Of a DNA stretch of 64,000 bases, positions 63,389 to 64,000 are shown piece after piece; position 1 is the first letter of the stretch, and each line of letters opens with the position of its first letter. The DNA comes from a bacterium (lineage in GTDB: Bacteria; Patescibacteriota; Minisyncoccia; Phycocordibacterales; Phycocordibacteraceae): NCBI GenBank assembly GCA_023269085.1, contig JAHFML010000002.1:65266-129265 (forward strand), written 5' to 3'. Below the pieces are notes generated by a model. The model was given only the letters and a program-made list of their open reading frames with translations. It was not told the origin of the DNA and did not search any database. The position numbers and the translations under genes are program-made.

Positions 63389-64000
63389 ATGCATACACAA
63401 GTAACAAAGCACATCTCGTTCCTCGCCGTTTTAGTCTTTGTATTTCTTATCCACTCCACAGTCGCTTCAGCGGCGACGATAACCTGCCCTGGTAGGCCGG
63501 ACGTAACACTTACATGGTCGTCGACCAACCCTAGTTTGTGCACGGGTGGTTTTACTGGTGATTGGAGCGGTGTTGCCGCGTGCAGTTTTACCCCAAACGC
63601 AGGTGGTAGTAAATCAATCGCCAATGGGAACTCGTGTGTGGTGACCTACAACTGCATAAAGACTGGCGGCCAGGTGCTCACTTCACAACAAGACACACTC
63701 GTTTATGATCCAACGAAGACGTGGAACGGAACTTCCTGCGTAGCTCCCGCAGTGCCATCGCTCGATGTCCCGTCTGGTGTGATTGTTCCGGCACAGTCGG
63801 TCACTTTTTTCTGGAGCTGTCCGACAGGATCGACGTCGTCAGAAGGAGTCGGATTCTCAACAGGAGGTGCTCTCTCGGGTAATGTAACATTCACAGGCCC
63901 GAATCAAACGTCTAGTTATCAATTGAAGTGTTTGGCAGGCGTAACGGAGACCTTTTCTCCGATTAAGACATTGACAGTGACACAACCGACAGTTTCGATT
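63389..64000 (+). CDS. Secreted Cys-rich protein with repeated Ig-like/fibre-like segments (partial; continues past right edge)
   Basis: Manual translation from ATG 63389: MHTQVTKHISFLAVLVFVFLIHSTVASAATITCPGRPDVTLTWSSTNPSLCTGG...; signal peptide, >10 Cys, open to the window end; lower GC. Confidence 0.5.
   Translation, partial: MHTQVTKHISFLAVLVFVFLIHSTVASAATITCPGRPDVTLTWSSTNPSLCTGGFTGDWSGVAACSFTPNAGGSKSIANGNSCVVTYNCIKTGGQVLTSQQDTLVYDPTKTWNGTSCVAPAVPSLDVPSGVIVPAQSVTFFWSCPTGSTSSEGVGFSTGGALSGNVTFTGPNQTSSYQLKCLAGVTETFSPIKTLTVTQPTVSI

Overview
This is a GC-rich (~60%) bacterial chromosomal segment, mostly housekeeping genes: hisS (partial), lepB, pth, rpsA, gyrA, rbfA, infB, an iscS-like cysteine desulfurase, clpB, rpmG, miaA, a peroxiredoxin, parB, rel, topA, dprA, serS, a tRNA-dihydrouridine synthase, dnaX, gdh, pyk, tgt and uvrB, plus eight tRNAs. 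The gene content (truncated IF-2 and DnaX, many small membrane proteins, tandem VirB2/TrbC-like pilin paralogs) suggests a CPR/Patescibacteria-like organism, but that is an inference. Standard code 11 is in use: genes stop at TGA and tRNA-Trp has anticodon CCA. The ORF track uses ATG, GTG and TTG starts; I moved several starts to internal ATGs where an upstream gene overlapped.

Two things stand out.

1. Several families of short palindromic (REP-like) elements are present. Copies lie in intergenic DNA next to two IS200-like RAYT transposase genes. Others are inserted in-frame inside essential genes (topA twice, dus, uvrB twice, tgt twice, the cysteine desulfurase, the miaA tail), where they add peptide segments of roughly 8-20 residues. 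This resembles the Rickettsia palindromic elements.

2. A dispersed set of envelope and secretion-like genes is present. It comprises a tandem array of six VirB2/TrbC-type pilin-like paralogs (11.1-13.3 kb) and a pilin-like N-terminus fused to a lytic transglycosylase (VirB1-like) domain sitting where secE-nusG normally follow rpmG-tRNA-Trp. At 49.8-57.5 kb a 918-aa FtsK/HerA/VirD4-type P-loop ATPase is flanked by a holin-like protein, small secreted repeat proteins and a polytopic membrane protein. Together these could be a minimal, poorly described type IV secretion-like or surface-filament system.

Other accessory features are two HNH endonucleases (one overlapping a tRNA cluster), a duplicated 3' half of tRNA-Cys, low-GC islets (one carrying a tRNA-Gln-like gene), an orphan MazF/PemK-like toxin, a GIY-YIG protein and a Fic/Doc-family protein with a non-canonical motif. 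No rRNA, CRISPR array or cas genes were seen.
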